Assembly (NCBI RefSeq): GCF_049691595.1
Contig: NZ_JBAVNZ010000334.1
Span: 1-62,464 of the forward strand
Direction of reading: 5' to 3'
Origin: Bradyrhizobium sp.
GTDB taxonomy: Bacteria > Pseudomonadota > Alphaproteobacteria > Rhizobiales > Xanthobacteraceae
Length of the DNA stretch: 62,464 nucleotides
Shown here piece by piece: positions 1-8,406 of the stretch (position 1 is its first letter; every line of letters begins with the position of its first letter). The notes under the pieces are model-generated. The model ran no database searches, was not told where the DNA came from, and saw only the letters and a program-made list of their open reading frames with translations. A program made the translations under genes and the position numbers.

Positions 1-71
1 GCGCAGGCGCGGCCCAGGCCCTTGCTCGATGCGCAGACGATGGCGCGGCGGTCTTTGATACCGAGATCCAC
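1..71 (-). CDS. SDR family oxidoreductase, 5' end (runs off window)
   Basis: GTG at 71 reads MDLGIKDRRAIVCASSKGLGRACA, a typical SDR N-terminal Rossmann motif; divergent from the next SDR. Confidence 0.8.
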   Translation of the reverse strand, partial: MDLGIKDRRAIVCASSKGLGRAC

Positions 72-229
72 TGTTTCACTCCCGTGTCAGCTGTTTTTTT
101 CGAAGTTGGTGCGGCCACTGTAGCCAACATCGACGGCCCTGATAAGGCCCAAGGATTGCCGCAAAACCTTGCGCCGGCGGAAATCGCAGGTATCAATGCG
201 CGCATATCGCGTGCCTTACGGAATCCGCC

Positions 230-991
230 ATGTCAGACCTGTTCGACGTCCGCCAGGAAACCATTTTGATCACCGGCGCCTCGCAGGGGCTCGGGCGGCA
301 ATTTGCCCGCGTGCTGTCGGCGCATGGCGCAGCCGTCGTGCTGGCGGCGCGCCAGACCGCCAAGCTCAAGAGCCTTGAAGCGGAGATCAAGGCCAAAGGC
401 GGCCGCGCCGCCGCGGTGCAGATGGACGTGACCGACATCGCCTCGATCGGCAAGGCGATCGACGCCGCCGAAGCCGCCCTCGGCCCGATCAGCGTGCTCG
501 TCAACAATGCCGGCATCGCGATCGAAAAATTGTCGACAGAGCAGACCGAGGCCGACTGGGATGCCGTGATCAACGCCAATCTCAAGGGCGCGTATTTCCT
601 CGCCACCGAAATGGCGCGGCGGATGATCGCGCGCAAGCAGGAGGGCAACATCGTCAATATCGCCTCCGTGCTCGGCCTCGGCGTGATGAAGTTCCTCTCG
701 CCCTACACCATCTCCAAGGCGGGCATCATCCAGGCCACCAAGGCGATGGCGCTGGAGCTTGCCGGCAACGGCATCCGCGTCAACGCCCTGGCGCCCGGTT
801 ATATCGACACCGAGATGAATCACGAATTCTGGTCGACCCCGGCGGGCGAGAAACTGACCAAACGGATTCCGCAGCGCCGGGTCGGTGCCGAATCCGATCT
901 CGACGGCGCGATCCTGCTGCTGGCGTCCGGCGCCTCGCGCTACATGACCGGCAGCGTGGTGACGGTGGATGGCGGGTTTTTGCTGAACTGA
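230..991 (+). CDS. SDR family NAD(P)-dependent oxidoreductase
   Basis: TGASQGLG, NNAG, YxxSK (YTISK), VNALAPG and VDGG motifs; 253 aa. Confidence 0.95.
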   Translation: MSDLFDVRQETILITGASQGLGRQFARVLSAHGAAVVLAARQTAKLKSLEAEIKAKGGRAAAVQMDVTDIASIGKAIDAAEAALGPISVLVNNAGIAIEKLSTEQTEADWDAVINANLKGAYFLATEMARRMIARKQEGNIVNIASVLGLGVMKFLSPYTISKAGIIQATKAMALELAGNGIRVNALAPGYIDTEMNHEFWSTPAGEKLTKRIPQRRVGAESDLDGAILLLASGASRYMTGSVVTVDGGFLLN

Positions 992-1004
992 AAATCGCAG
1001 AGCC

Positions 1005-1090
1005 GTAGCCCGGATGAGCGCAGCGATACCCGGGCGACAATCGATACCATGATTTTTCCGCGTCATTGCGAGCGCGAGCGAAGCAATCCA
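1005..1090. repeat. GTAG-type and CGTC-type REP-like palindromes
   Basis: GTAGCCCGGATGAGCGCAGCGATACCCGGG (1005-1034) and CGTCATTGCGAGCGCGAGCGAAGCAATCCA (1060-1090) between convergent genes. Confidence 0.65.
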
Positions 1091-1163
1091 CCGTTGCCGT
1101 ATCACATTAATGCGCTGAGCTACGGCGGACGGGGTCGGCTCCAATCCGCCCTTCGAACTGATG

Positions 1164-1598
1164 TCACACGGCGCCGTGTATATAGTGCACCAGCTGATCG
1201 ATGACGAATGTCTGATCGCTGATGATATCCTTCACCAAATCCCCAATGGAAATGATTCCCACGACTTTTCCCTGTTCGATAACGGGAAGATGACGCACGG
1301 CTTTTTCGGTCATGATGGCCATGCAGTCTTCCACGGATTGATCAGGTCGCGCAAAAACCACGTTCGTTTCCATGATGTCGCGGACCAGAGTCTTGGGTGA
1401 TGCGCGGCCTTTCAACACCACGTTCCGGGCATAGTGGCGTTCGGTAATGATGCCGACGAGCTTGTCGCCCTCCATCACGGCCATAGAACCAATGTTCTTG
1501 TCCGCCATCTTTTTAATGGAATCATAAACAGTCTCGTCCGGGCGGACCGAAACCACCGCATGGCCCTTTTTATCGAGCAGTTGCTTGATGGTTGCCAT
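1164..1598 (-). CDS. CBS domain-pair protein
   Basis: Two CBS repeats (LVGIITERHY; RHLPV..GIISIGDLV); 144 aa; FNR box upstream at 1801. Confidence 0.93.
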   Translation of the reverse strand: MATIKQLLDKKGHAVVSVRPDETVYDSIKKMADKNIGSMAVMEGDKLVGIITERHYARNVVLKGRASPKTLVRDIMETNVVFARPDQSVEDCMAIMTEKAVRHLPVIEQGKVVGIISIGDLVKDIISDQTFVIDQLVHYIHGAV

Positions 1599-1623
1599 GT
1601 GACGACCCTCGATATCGAACCTC

Positions 1624-1666
1624 GCCAGGACTTGCCTTGCCAGGACTTGCCTTGCCAGGACTTGCC
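1624..1666. repeat. 15-bp tandem repeat (GCCAGGACTTGCCTT) x~2.9
   Basis: Read directly in the leader of the CBS gene. Confidence 0.9.
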
Positions 1667-1800
1667 GATGGCAAGATTTGCCAATGGCAGCATGACCAAC
1701 AGAACACGTTGAACCGCTTCTTGTTCAGGCGGGAAGGGAAGCTTGCCCCCTCAGTGAAGGAAGCCGGGTAGAAAGCATGCTTGCTGTTGCGCCAGGAGCA

Positions 1801-1814
1801 TTGATCTGGATCAA
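1801..1814. promoter_or_regulatory. FNR/FixK box TTGATCTGGATCAA
   Basis: Exact TTGAT-N4-ATCAA consensus ~200 bp upstream of the CBS gene. Confidence 0.75.
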
Positions 1815-1946
1815 TCTGAACTCAGCCGCGTTCCGTGAGGCGGAAGCCTCTGTGAGGTCGGCATAGGGCCTGTGTGGATGCGAGGGCTGCATGCTGCGAC
1901 GGAGGTCCGTCATGTCCAGCCCCCACTTTCCAGCGATACCTGAAAC

Positions 1947-2280
1947 CGTGTGGTCATGGCACCCGTTGCTGGTGTCAAGTCGGCGGAGGTTTTCGCAGAC
2001 CCAACCGGGTTCGGCAAAGCCATTCAATTCGCCGATGACGGTGACAAGACGAATTCGTCGCCGGGGAGATCACGGCATAAGCCGTAAAGCCATTGCGCAG
2101 GGAATGCCGGATTGCCTCCGCTGAACCTGTATGCTCGTGTACGCTTTCTTTTGTGCACTTTGCACACGAGACCGCGGGTGCAGCGCGCACCCGGCATTCC
2201 CTGCTCCCTCTTTTCTTTCGAGGGGCGCGGCCCTGCATACCTCAGACGATCAGCGCCGCGAGAATGCGAAGGTATGTCTG
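1947..2280. repeat. Bradyrhizobium-type ~340-bp structured intergenic repeat
   Basis: Internal 14-bp perfect inverted repeat GCAGGGAATGCCGG (2097-2110)/CCGGCATTCCCTGC (2191-2204) enclosing nested stems; resembles a multicopy bradyrhizobial intergenic element (from memory); no credible ORF. Confidence 0.55.
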
Positions 2281-2376
2281 CCGTCACTGCGAGGAGCACT
2301 TGCGACGAAGCAACCCATCCTTTCTTTACGTGGCGAACATGGATTGCGTCGTCGCAAGTGCTCCTCGCAATGACGG
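2281..2376. repeat. CGTC-type REP inverted dimer
   Basis: 38-bp arms 2281-2318 and 2339-2376 are reverse complements with 3 mismatches. Confidence 0.8.
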
Positions 2377-2467
2377 TGCTGGCGGACAGTCAAAATTGCG
2401 CAACGCGCTTTTGCGCGTGCCTACCGTTTCGCTCGCCGCGACGCACCGGAAACCTTCGGCATTCCAA

Positions 2468-4075
2468 TCAGCCCGTCCGCAGCTCCGCCTTGATCATATC
2501 GGCGGCCTTCTCGCCGATCATGATAGTTGGCGCATTGGTGTTGCCGCCGATCAGCGTCGGCATGATCGAGGCGTCGACCACGCGCAGGCCTTCCAGCCCA
2601 TGGACTTTCAGCTTCGGGTCGACCACGGCCATCGGGTCGTTGACGCCCATCTTGCAGGTGCCGACCGGGTGATACACGGTATCGACGCGGGCGCGCAACA
2701 CGCTGCGGATATCGTCGTCGGTGCGCACGCCTTCGGTGAACATGTCCTTCTTCTGCAGCGCGCGGAGCGCCGGCGTCTCCATCAGCCGCCGTGTGGTCTT
2801 GAAGCCCGCGACCATGGTTTCGAGATCGGCAGGATCGCCGAAAAAATTCGGATCGATGCGCGGCGCCGCGAACGGATCGGCGCTGCCGAGCGAAACATTG
2901 CCGCGGCTGTTCGGCCGCAGCAGGCAGACATGGCAGGTGAAGCCGGTGCCTGTATGGCGCTTGCGGCCGTGATCGTCGGCCAGCGCCATGCCGAAATGCA
3001 GCTGGATGTCGGGTATCTCGAGGTCGGGCCGGGTTTTCAGAAAACCGCCGCATTCGGCGAAATTCGAGGTCATCGGCCCGCGGCGTTCGCGCCGATACTG
3101 GCCGATGGCTCGCAGCAGCCGCGGAATGGCCTTGAGCGAGAGGCCGTTGAAATTCGGATTGTCCGACAGGTAGCCGAACACGAAATCGGGATGGTCCTGC
3201 AGGTTCTGTCCGACCCCGGGCAGATGATGCACGCTTTCGATGCCGTGCTTTCCGAGCGCGGCGCCGTCGCCTATGCCCGACAGCATCAGGAGCTGCGGGG
3301 TCTGGAATGCGCCGGAGGAAACGATCACCTCGCGCCGCGCGCGGATCTGCTTCAGCTCCCTGCGCTGCCGGTACTCGACGCCGACCGCGCGCTTGCCTTC
3401 GAACAGGATGCGGGTCGCCTGCGCGAAAGTTTCGACACGCAAATTGGCGCGGCTATCCATATGCGGATGGATGTAGGCGCGCGCCGCGCTCCAGCGCTCG
3501 CCGTTCCTCTGCGTCACCTGATAGGTGCCGAGCCCCTCATGGTCCTCGGCGTTGAAATCTTCCCGAAGACGAAACTGTGCTTGCTGCGCCGCCTGCAGAA
3601 AGGTCTGCTGCACCGGATTGTCGGTGCGCAGTTTGTTGACGGCGAGCGGGCCGTCCTTGCCGTGGTACTCGCCGCCGAAATCGGCGTTGTCTTCCGCGCG
3701 CTTGAAGTAGGGCAGCACGTCGGAGAAGGACCAGCCGGTGTTGCCGAGCGAGGCCCACTGATCGTAGTCGCTGCGGTGGCCGCGGATATAGACCATGGCA
3801 TTGATCGCGGACGATCCGCCGAGCCCCTTGCCGCGCGGCTGATAGCCGATGCGGCCGTTGAGGCCGGCCTGCGGCACGGTGTTGAACGCCCAGTTGTTGA
3901 CCGGGCCAGCCACCATCAGCACCAGCGCGAACGGCGTCGTGACCACCCAATTGTCGTTCTTGCCCCCGGCATCGAGCAGCGCCACCGACGTCCTGGGATC
4001 TTCCGAAAGCCGCCCCGCCACCGCGCAGCCGCCGGAGCCGCCGCCCACCACCACGAAATCGAATGTATCGCTCAC
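2468..4075 (-). CDS. GMC family oxidoreductase (choline dehydrogenase-like)
   Basis: GGGSGG FAD motif, [42 protein letters not shown]. Confidence 0.95.
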   Translation of the reverse strand: MSDTFDFVVVGGGSGGCAVAGRLSEDPRTSVALLDAGGKNDNWVVTTPFALVLMVAGPVNNWAFNTVPQAGLNGRIGYQPRGKGLGGSSAINAMVYIRGHRSDYDQWASLGNTGWSFSDVLPYFKRAEDNADFGGEYHGKDGPLAVNKLRTDNPVQQTFLQAAQQAQFRLREDFNAEDHEGLGTYQVTQRNGERWSAARAYIHPHMDSRANLRVETFAQATRILFEGKRAVGVEYRQRRELKQIRARREVIVSSGAFQTPQLLMLSGIGDGAALGKHGIESVHHLPGVGQNLQDHPDFVFGYLSDNPNFNGLSLKAIPRLLRAIGQYRRERRGPMTSNFAECGGFLKTRPDLEIPDIQLHFGMALADDHGRKRHTGTGFTCHVCLLRPNSRGNVSLGSADPFAAPRIDPNFFGDPADLETMVAGFKTTRRLMETPALRALQKKDMFTEGVRTDDDIRSVLRARVDTVYHPVGTCKMGVNDPMAVVDPKLKVHGLEGLRVVDASIMPTLIGGNTNAPTIMIGEKAADMIKAELRTG

Positions 4076-4359
4076 GCGCGCTCCCCTGAGTTAGCCTGGC
4101 TGTTGCGTTCATTGCGAGCAGGAGGTTCGGCCGGGCCGATTGCGGTCCAAAAAACCACGTTTTGGGCGCCACAAAAACCTGAAAAACCGGCCTTTTGCCC
4201 TTCCCAAGGCGGTGCCTGGTTGATACATACGCCTCGCGCCCGTTGGCTTCGGCCCGGGTTGCCTTCTCAGGAAGCCTCCAGACGGGATCGATCGGCGCCA
4301 AAAAGCGCGGACCGGGTCCGTTGCGGCAACGGTTTTCTCAAAGGCGCGCAAAGGTTTAA

Positions 4360-4436
<77 letters not shown>

Positions 4437-4456
4437 CTTTTGTTATAACTCACTCA

Positions 4457-4493
4457 CCGTCCCGGTCTTACCGCCGGGACGGCTTTGGCTTTT
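4457..4493 (+). terminator. Probable intrinsic terminator of tRNA
   Basis: CCGTCCCGG/CCGGGACGG stem followed by CTTTGGCTTTT. Confidence 0.65.
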
Positions 4494-4601
4494 ATGAGGA
4501 ACGCAGCGGCGGGGCGACGGAGCAGGTTGGCTGCGGGCAAGTGTGACCGGGTCCATCGAGAATAACAGGCGGGCATTTGGTCTCGACAAAGCATCCAGAG
4601 A

Positions 4602-5057
4602 CTGGCCGTTGCGCGCGCGGTTCATGTCGTGGCGATCGTTCACTGGATCGGCGGGCTTCTGTTCGTCACGCTCGTCATCCTGCCGAGTTTGCTTGAGACT
4701 GAAGCGTCGCGCCGCCTCGCGCTATTCGATGCACTCGAACGCCGTTTCGCCACGCAGGCGCGCACGACGCTTCTCGTCGGCGTGTCAGGTTTCTACATGC
4801 TGTATACCTATGAGCATTGGGGACGGATCGCTGACCCACGCTTCTGGTGGCTCGACGCGATGTTCGGTCTGTGGACGATTTTCGCCATCATGCTCTTCGT
4901 CGCCGAACCGCTGTTCTTACACGCGTGGTTTGATGCGCGCGCCCAACGTGATCCCGACGGCACTTTCCGTCTGGCGTTGTGCGGACATCTGGTCGTGAGT
5001 TTGCTCGCCGTCGTAACCGTGCCGGGCGCAGTCGGCGGTACACATGGATTGTTCTGA
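4602..5057 (+). pseudogene. CopD/DUF-like 4-TM membrane protein, apparently 5'-truncated
   Basis: Hydrophobic ORF 4629-5057 (AIVHWIGG...GTHGLF); conserved-looking LAVARAVHVV continues in frame upstream of the GTG with no start codon before TAA at 4563. Confidence 0.55.
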
Positions 5058-5094
5058 TCGCAAGAGGCGGACGTTGTCTGGATGACGGCGGTGA

Positions 5095-5784
5095 TCACGA
5101 TTGCCCGGGGTCGATTCCGGCGAGTTGACGAAATTTTTCCAGATTTGTGATACGGAGCTTCCGTTCCTCCATGTGAACGCCGGACTTTTCCAGGCGGGCG
5201 AGATTCCGCGACAGGGTTTCGGGGGCCATTCCCAGCCGCGAGGCAAGCAGCGACTTGCCATAAGGCAGATCGATCGAGATTGCGTATTCGGCTTCGCGAA
5301 TGGCCGCCACAACCCAATCTTTAAGACGTTCGAATGTCGTTTCTGTGCGCAGGCTGACCAGCTCCCGCAGCATGATGCTCTGAGTGAATGTCAGATCGTC
5401 AACGATAAACTGCCTGAACGTTCCATCGGTACTGAACATCCGTCGGACGACGACGGCTGGAATGCTTAGAATTGAACACGATTCGATCGCGCGTGCAGAA
5501 ACGGGGAGTCGAGTTCCGTTCAAGACAAAGGCGGTGTTGAGACAGGCCAGCGACTCCACGATTAGGAAAGTTATTTCCCGCCCGTCCCCTGATTGAAAAA
5601 GTTGGACAACGCCGTTACCCAGCACAAGGAGCGAATTCGGGATCGTGTCACTCTTGAACAATATCGTCTTCGCTGGAACGACTTCGAATGCCGAATTGCG
5701 GCACAAACGGTCGACGGTGTAGGATGAAAGCGATGCGAAGAACCGCTCAAATCCGTTATCAAGTGCGCTTGCCAGAGGTCGCAT
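5095..5784 (-). CDS. Crp/Fnr family regulator (Dnr/Nnr-like, no FNR Cys cluster)
   Basis: cNMP-like domain plus HTH LPYGKSLLASRLGMAPETLSR. Confidence 0.88.
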   Translation of the reverse strand: MRPLASALDNGFERFFASLSSYTVDRLCRNSAFEVVPAKTILFKSDTIPNSLLVLGNGVVQLFQSGDGREITFLIVESLACLNTAFVLNGTRLPVSARAIESCSILSIPAVVVRRMFSTDGTFRQFIVDDLTFTQSIMLRELVSLRTETTFERLKDWVVAAIREAEYAISIDLPYGKSLLASRLGMAPETLSRNLARLEKSGVHMEERKLRITNLEKFRQLAGIDPGQS

Positions 5785-5860
5785 ACCTTGATCGGCGCTC
5801 CCTGCGATGCAGGCCCAAGCAGTTTAGCCTCAGTCTATGATTTGGCGCCGATTCAATTCC

Positions 5861-5874
5861 TTGATCATGGTCAA
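5861..5874. promoter_or_regulatory. FNR/FixK box TTGATCATGGTCAA
   Basis: 77 bp upstream of the minus-strand Crp gene. Confidence 0.75.
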
Positions 5875-6094
5875 GCGCGCCCAGGCTTTTGCAATGCGCT
5901 CCGTCAGTGGATATCATAACGAATTTGTCGACGATGCGCGGGGCAGGTGCCGCCGGCCTCCGGGCAATGGCCGACATATCCGCATCGTAGATACGGCAGT
6001 CATCCGGCCTGCCCGCACGGCGAGCATCCCGCAATTGTCAGCCCTGTCCAGGGTTGGGACAGGCTCCAAAAAATGAGGCGGCGCCTCCAAACAC

Positions 6095-6108
6095 TTGATT
6101 TAAGTCAA
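6095..6108. promoter_or_regulatory. FNR/FixK box TTGATTTAAGTCAA
   Basis: 67 bp upstream of the GTG at 6175. Confidence 0.8.
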
Positions 6109-6174
6109 GACACCACGCATGGTATCGATCAAATTTGCCGACAGTGCACGCGACGGAAACGTCAGGAGCAAACC

Positions 6175-6942
6175 GTGACTCCGACGCCTGATGATTTGAA
6201 GGTCGCCTCACAGATAGCCGTGCTCAGCGGCCTCAATCCGCGGACCGTGCAAACCCTTCTCGCGCAGGCTACCGTCATAGCTCTCGAATCTGGCCAGACC
6301 CTGTTTCGGCAGGGCGAGACCGCGGCGGCGTTTTTCATCGTCATCGAAGGCTGGGTCAAGCTATATCGGATCACCCCGGCCGGCGACGAAGCCGTTCTCA
6401 ACGTCTTCGCCAAAGGCGAAAGTTTCGCCGAAGCAGTCGCCTTCACGTCCGGTCGTTATCCGGCCGCCGCCTCGGCCGCCACCGATGCCCGGATCCTCCA
6501 GATTCCCGCCTGCCACGTTGTATGCTGCATCCGCGAGATGCCCGATATCGCGATTGCGATGATCGCTTCGACATCGCAGCATCTGCATCGATTGGTCCAG
6601 CGCGTCGAGCAGCTTACGGCGCAGAGCGCCCTGCAGAGAGTGGCGGAATTCCTCACCTCCCTTTGCTCGTGCGAGGATGGCCCCTGTACCGTTTCGCTGC
6701 CCTATGACAAATCGTTGATCGCCGGGCGGCTTGGGCTCCAGCCAGAATCGCTTTCTCGGGCTTTTGCAAAACTTCGATCGGCGGGCGTGGATGTTCGCGC
6801 GTCGGATGTAATCGTGGGCGATGTCGCGCGGCTTCGAGTTCTCATCGCCAGCGATCGAATCAGGGCGCGCGGCATGCCGGCGAGAACTATGGAGTCCCGT
6901 GCTAACGAGGGGCGGCCCGGAGGATCGCATCGATCCATTTAA
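6175..6942 (+). CDS. Crp/Fnr family regulator, Dnr/Nnr (NO-responsive) type
   Basis: AGGAG RBS before GTG 6175; LFRQGE, GWVKLYR, GESFAEA; HTH LPYDKSLIAGRLGLQPESLSRAFAKL resembling Paracoccus Nnr. Confidence 0.9.
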   Translation: MTPTPDDLKVASQIAVLSGLNPRTVQTLLAQATVIALESGQTLFRQGETAAAFFIVIEGWVKLYRITPAGDEAVLNVFAKGESFAEAVAFTSGRYPAAASAATDARILQIPACHVVCCIREMPDIAIAMIASTSQHLHRLVQRVEQLTAQSALQRVAEFLTSLCSCEDGPCTVSLPYDKSLIAGRLGLQPESLSRAFAKLRSAGVDVRASDVIVGDVARLRVLIASDRIRARGMPARTMESRANEGRPGGSHRSI

Positions 6943-6975
6943 AGAGGAATTGGCATCTAAAGAGGAATTGGCATC
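6940..6975. repeat. 18-bp tandem duplication TAAAGAGGAATTGGCATC x2
   Basis: Read directly at the regulator stop codon. Confidence 0.9.
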
Positions 6976-7018
6976 GTTTCGGGGCGAATATCGAAAGCCG
7001 ACTTTTCCAAGCCGATAC

Positions 7019-7483
7019 TTAGCGCAGGAATGATTTGATCCTGGGCAATATGTTAGCGCGCCATTGCGCCGCTCCGTACTGCTTTTCCACGATTTCGTCA
7101 TCCGAGATGACCAGCCATAGCGGCACCCCGTCGCTGCGCTGCAAACGTTTCCTGTAGATACGGATTTCATCCGGCCAGTTTTCGTCGTTCAATACGTCCT
7201 GGAGATGCGGCGACTTGACCTCGCGGTAGGTAATGCGCGCGAAATCTTGCGATGCGAAAAAGGCGGTTCCTTCTCCGCTTTTCCATGCCCGACAAGGCGC
7301 GCAATCTTCGGCGCCAACATAAAGCAGCATGATGTTTGGAGCGGCAGCGGGCCTGCCGGGGCGCTGCCTCCACGCCGCTATCGCGACCGCTGCGACAGCA
7401 ACGACCACTCCCAGACGATAGAGCCCAGGTCCAATCGGCCAGAAGCGGTATCCGGTCCGAGCCGCAGGCTGCCTTTCCATCAT
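7019..7483 (-). CDS. Membrane-anchored thioredoxin-fold protein (CxxC)
   Basis: N-terminal TM, LLYVGAEDCAPC, GVPLWLV (cis-Pro-like loop). Confidence 0.7.
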   Translation of the reverse strand: MMERQPAARTGYRFWPIGPGLYRLGVVVAVAAVAIAAWRQRPGRPAAAPNIMLLYVGAEDCAPCRAWKSGEGTAFFASQDFARITYREVKSPHLQDVLNDENWPDEIRIYRKRLQRSDGVPLWLVISDDEIVEKQYGAAQWRANILPRIKSFLR

Positions 7484-7513
7484 AGTGAACTATTTCTGTT
7501 GCGAACCCTCGTA

Positions 7514-7533
7514 TCCTTGACCGCGGTCAAGGA
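7514..7533. promoter_or_regulatory. Dnr/Nnr/FNR box, perfect palindrome TCCTTGACCGCGGTCAAGGA
   Basis: Core TTGAC-CGCG-GTCAA 7517-7530; identical copy at 18054-18073. Confidence 0.88.
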
Positions 7534-7590
7534 TGCAACTCGCATAAGGGATAAATTTACCCGTCCTTATCGAACGCCGAAGGTGCCGCC

Positions 7591-7764
7591 ATGTCGCCGA
7601 TTGAAGAGGCTTCGCCAAAACAAGCGAGTTCCGAGCGCATGCCGACGATGCAGCGGATTCTCGATAGTCCGTTCCTGTTGTTGTTTCTCGGCGTGACGCT
7701 ACCGACGGTGCTCTATCTGATCTGGGGCGTGATGGAAATCGCGTCGGTCCCCCTGGCGAAATGA
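7591..7764 (+). CDS. 57-aa single-TM small subunit of the heme-copper enzyme (subunit IIa-like); absent from ORF track
   Basis: MSPIEEASPKQASSERMPTMQRILDSPFLLLFLGVTLPTVLYLIWGVMEIASVPLAK; GAAGG before ATG; first gene after the palindrome. Confidence 0.8.
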   Translation: MSPIEEASPKQASSERMPTMQRILDSPFLLLFLGVTLPTVLYLIWGVMEIASVPLAK

Positions 7765-7826
7765 AGACTGCAAGCCGCACCCACCCCGCGCAAATGCGCG
7801 AATCTTTATGAGAAGGGGAGATCGAC

Positions 7827-8402
7827 ATGGCCGCGACACCGCCCAAACAGCGAATTTGGTGGAACGAGCCTATCGAGAGAGTCGAACTGGTTTGGATCGT
7901 ACTCGCCTTTCTGTGGGGCCTGTTCATGTTCGGTTTTATGATCGTCTGGCATTTTATCGGTCAGCAAAATCTCAGCAAGGAAGCCTACCGCATTGCACCG
8001 TCGGCCTTTGAGGCGAAGGTCGACGAGTTCGCCAAGAAGTTCCAGGTCCGCGAAGAGCAGGGCATACCGGTGGTCAAGCCCAAAGCCGGGGCCGATGTCT
8101 ATCTGCTCGGCCGGCTGTGGCAGTGGTGGCCGATTCTCGAGCTGGAGAAGGGCGTCAGTTACCGGATCCATATTTCGTCGATCGACTGGATGCATGGCTT
8201 CTCACTGCAGCCCACCAACATCAACATTTCAGTTCACCCGGGCTACGAGCACGTGATTTCACTGACGCCGACCCAGAGCGGCGAGTTCGGCATCATCTGC
8301 AACGAGTTTTGCGGGATCGGTCATCACACCATGACCGGAAAGATTTACGTCACGGACCAGAAACGCGCCGAGGCCGAACAGCGCCTCGCTGGGGGGAGGT
8401 AG
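7827..8402 (+). CDS. Heme-copper oxidoreductase subunit II (CuA), B-family/eNOR type
   Basis: Single TM plus cupredoxin; WMHGF and CNEFCGIGHHTM CuA ligands. Confidence 0.92.
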   Translation: MAATPPKQRIWWNEPIERVELVWIVLAFLWGLFMFGFMIVWHFIGQQNLSKEAYRIAPSAFEAKVDEFAKKFQVREEQGIPVVKPKAGADVYLLGRLWQWWPILELEKGVSYRIHISSIDWMHGFSLQPTNINISVHPGYEHVISLTPTQSGEFGIICNEFCGIGHHTMTGKIYVTDQKRAEAEQRLAGGR

Positions 8403-8406
8403 GCTC

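Noticed and set aside
5947..6174. Long N-terminal extensions in the ORF track (Crp 5947, ctaB 9435, SCO 10061, nirF 20888, nirDL 21754, nirN 25224, permease 55892)
   Set aside because: They overlap upstream genes or promoter boxes; downstream starts have RBSs or ATGA coupling
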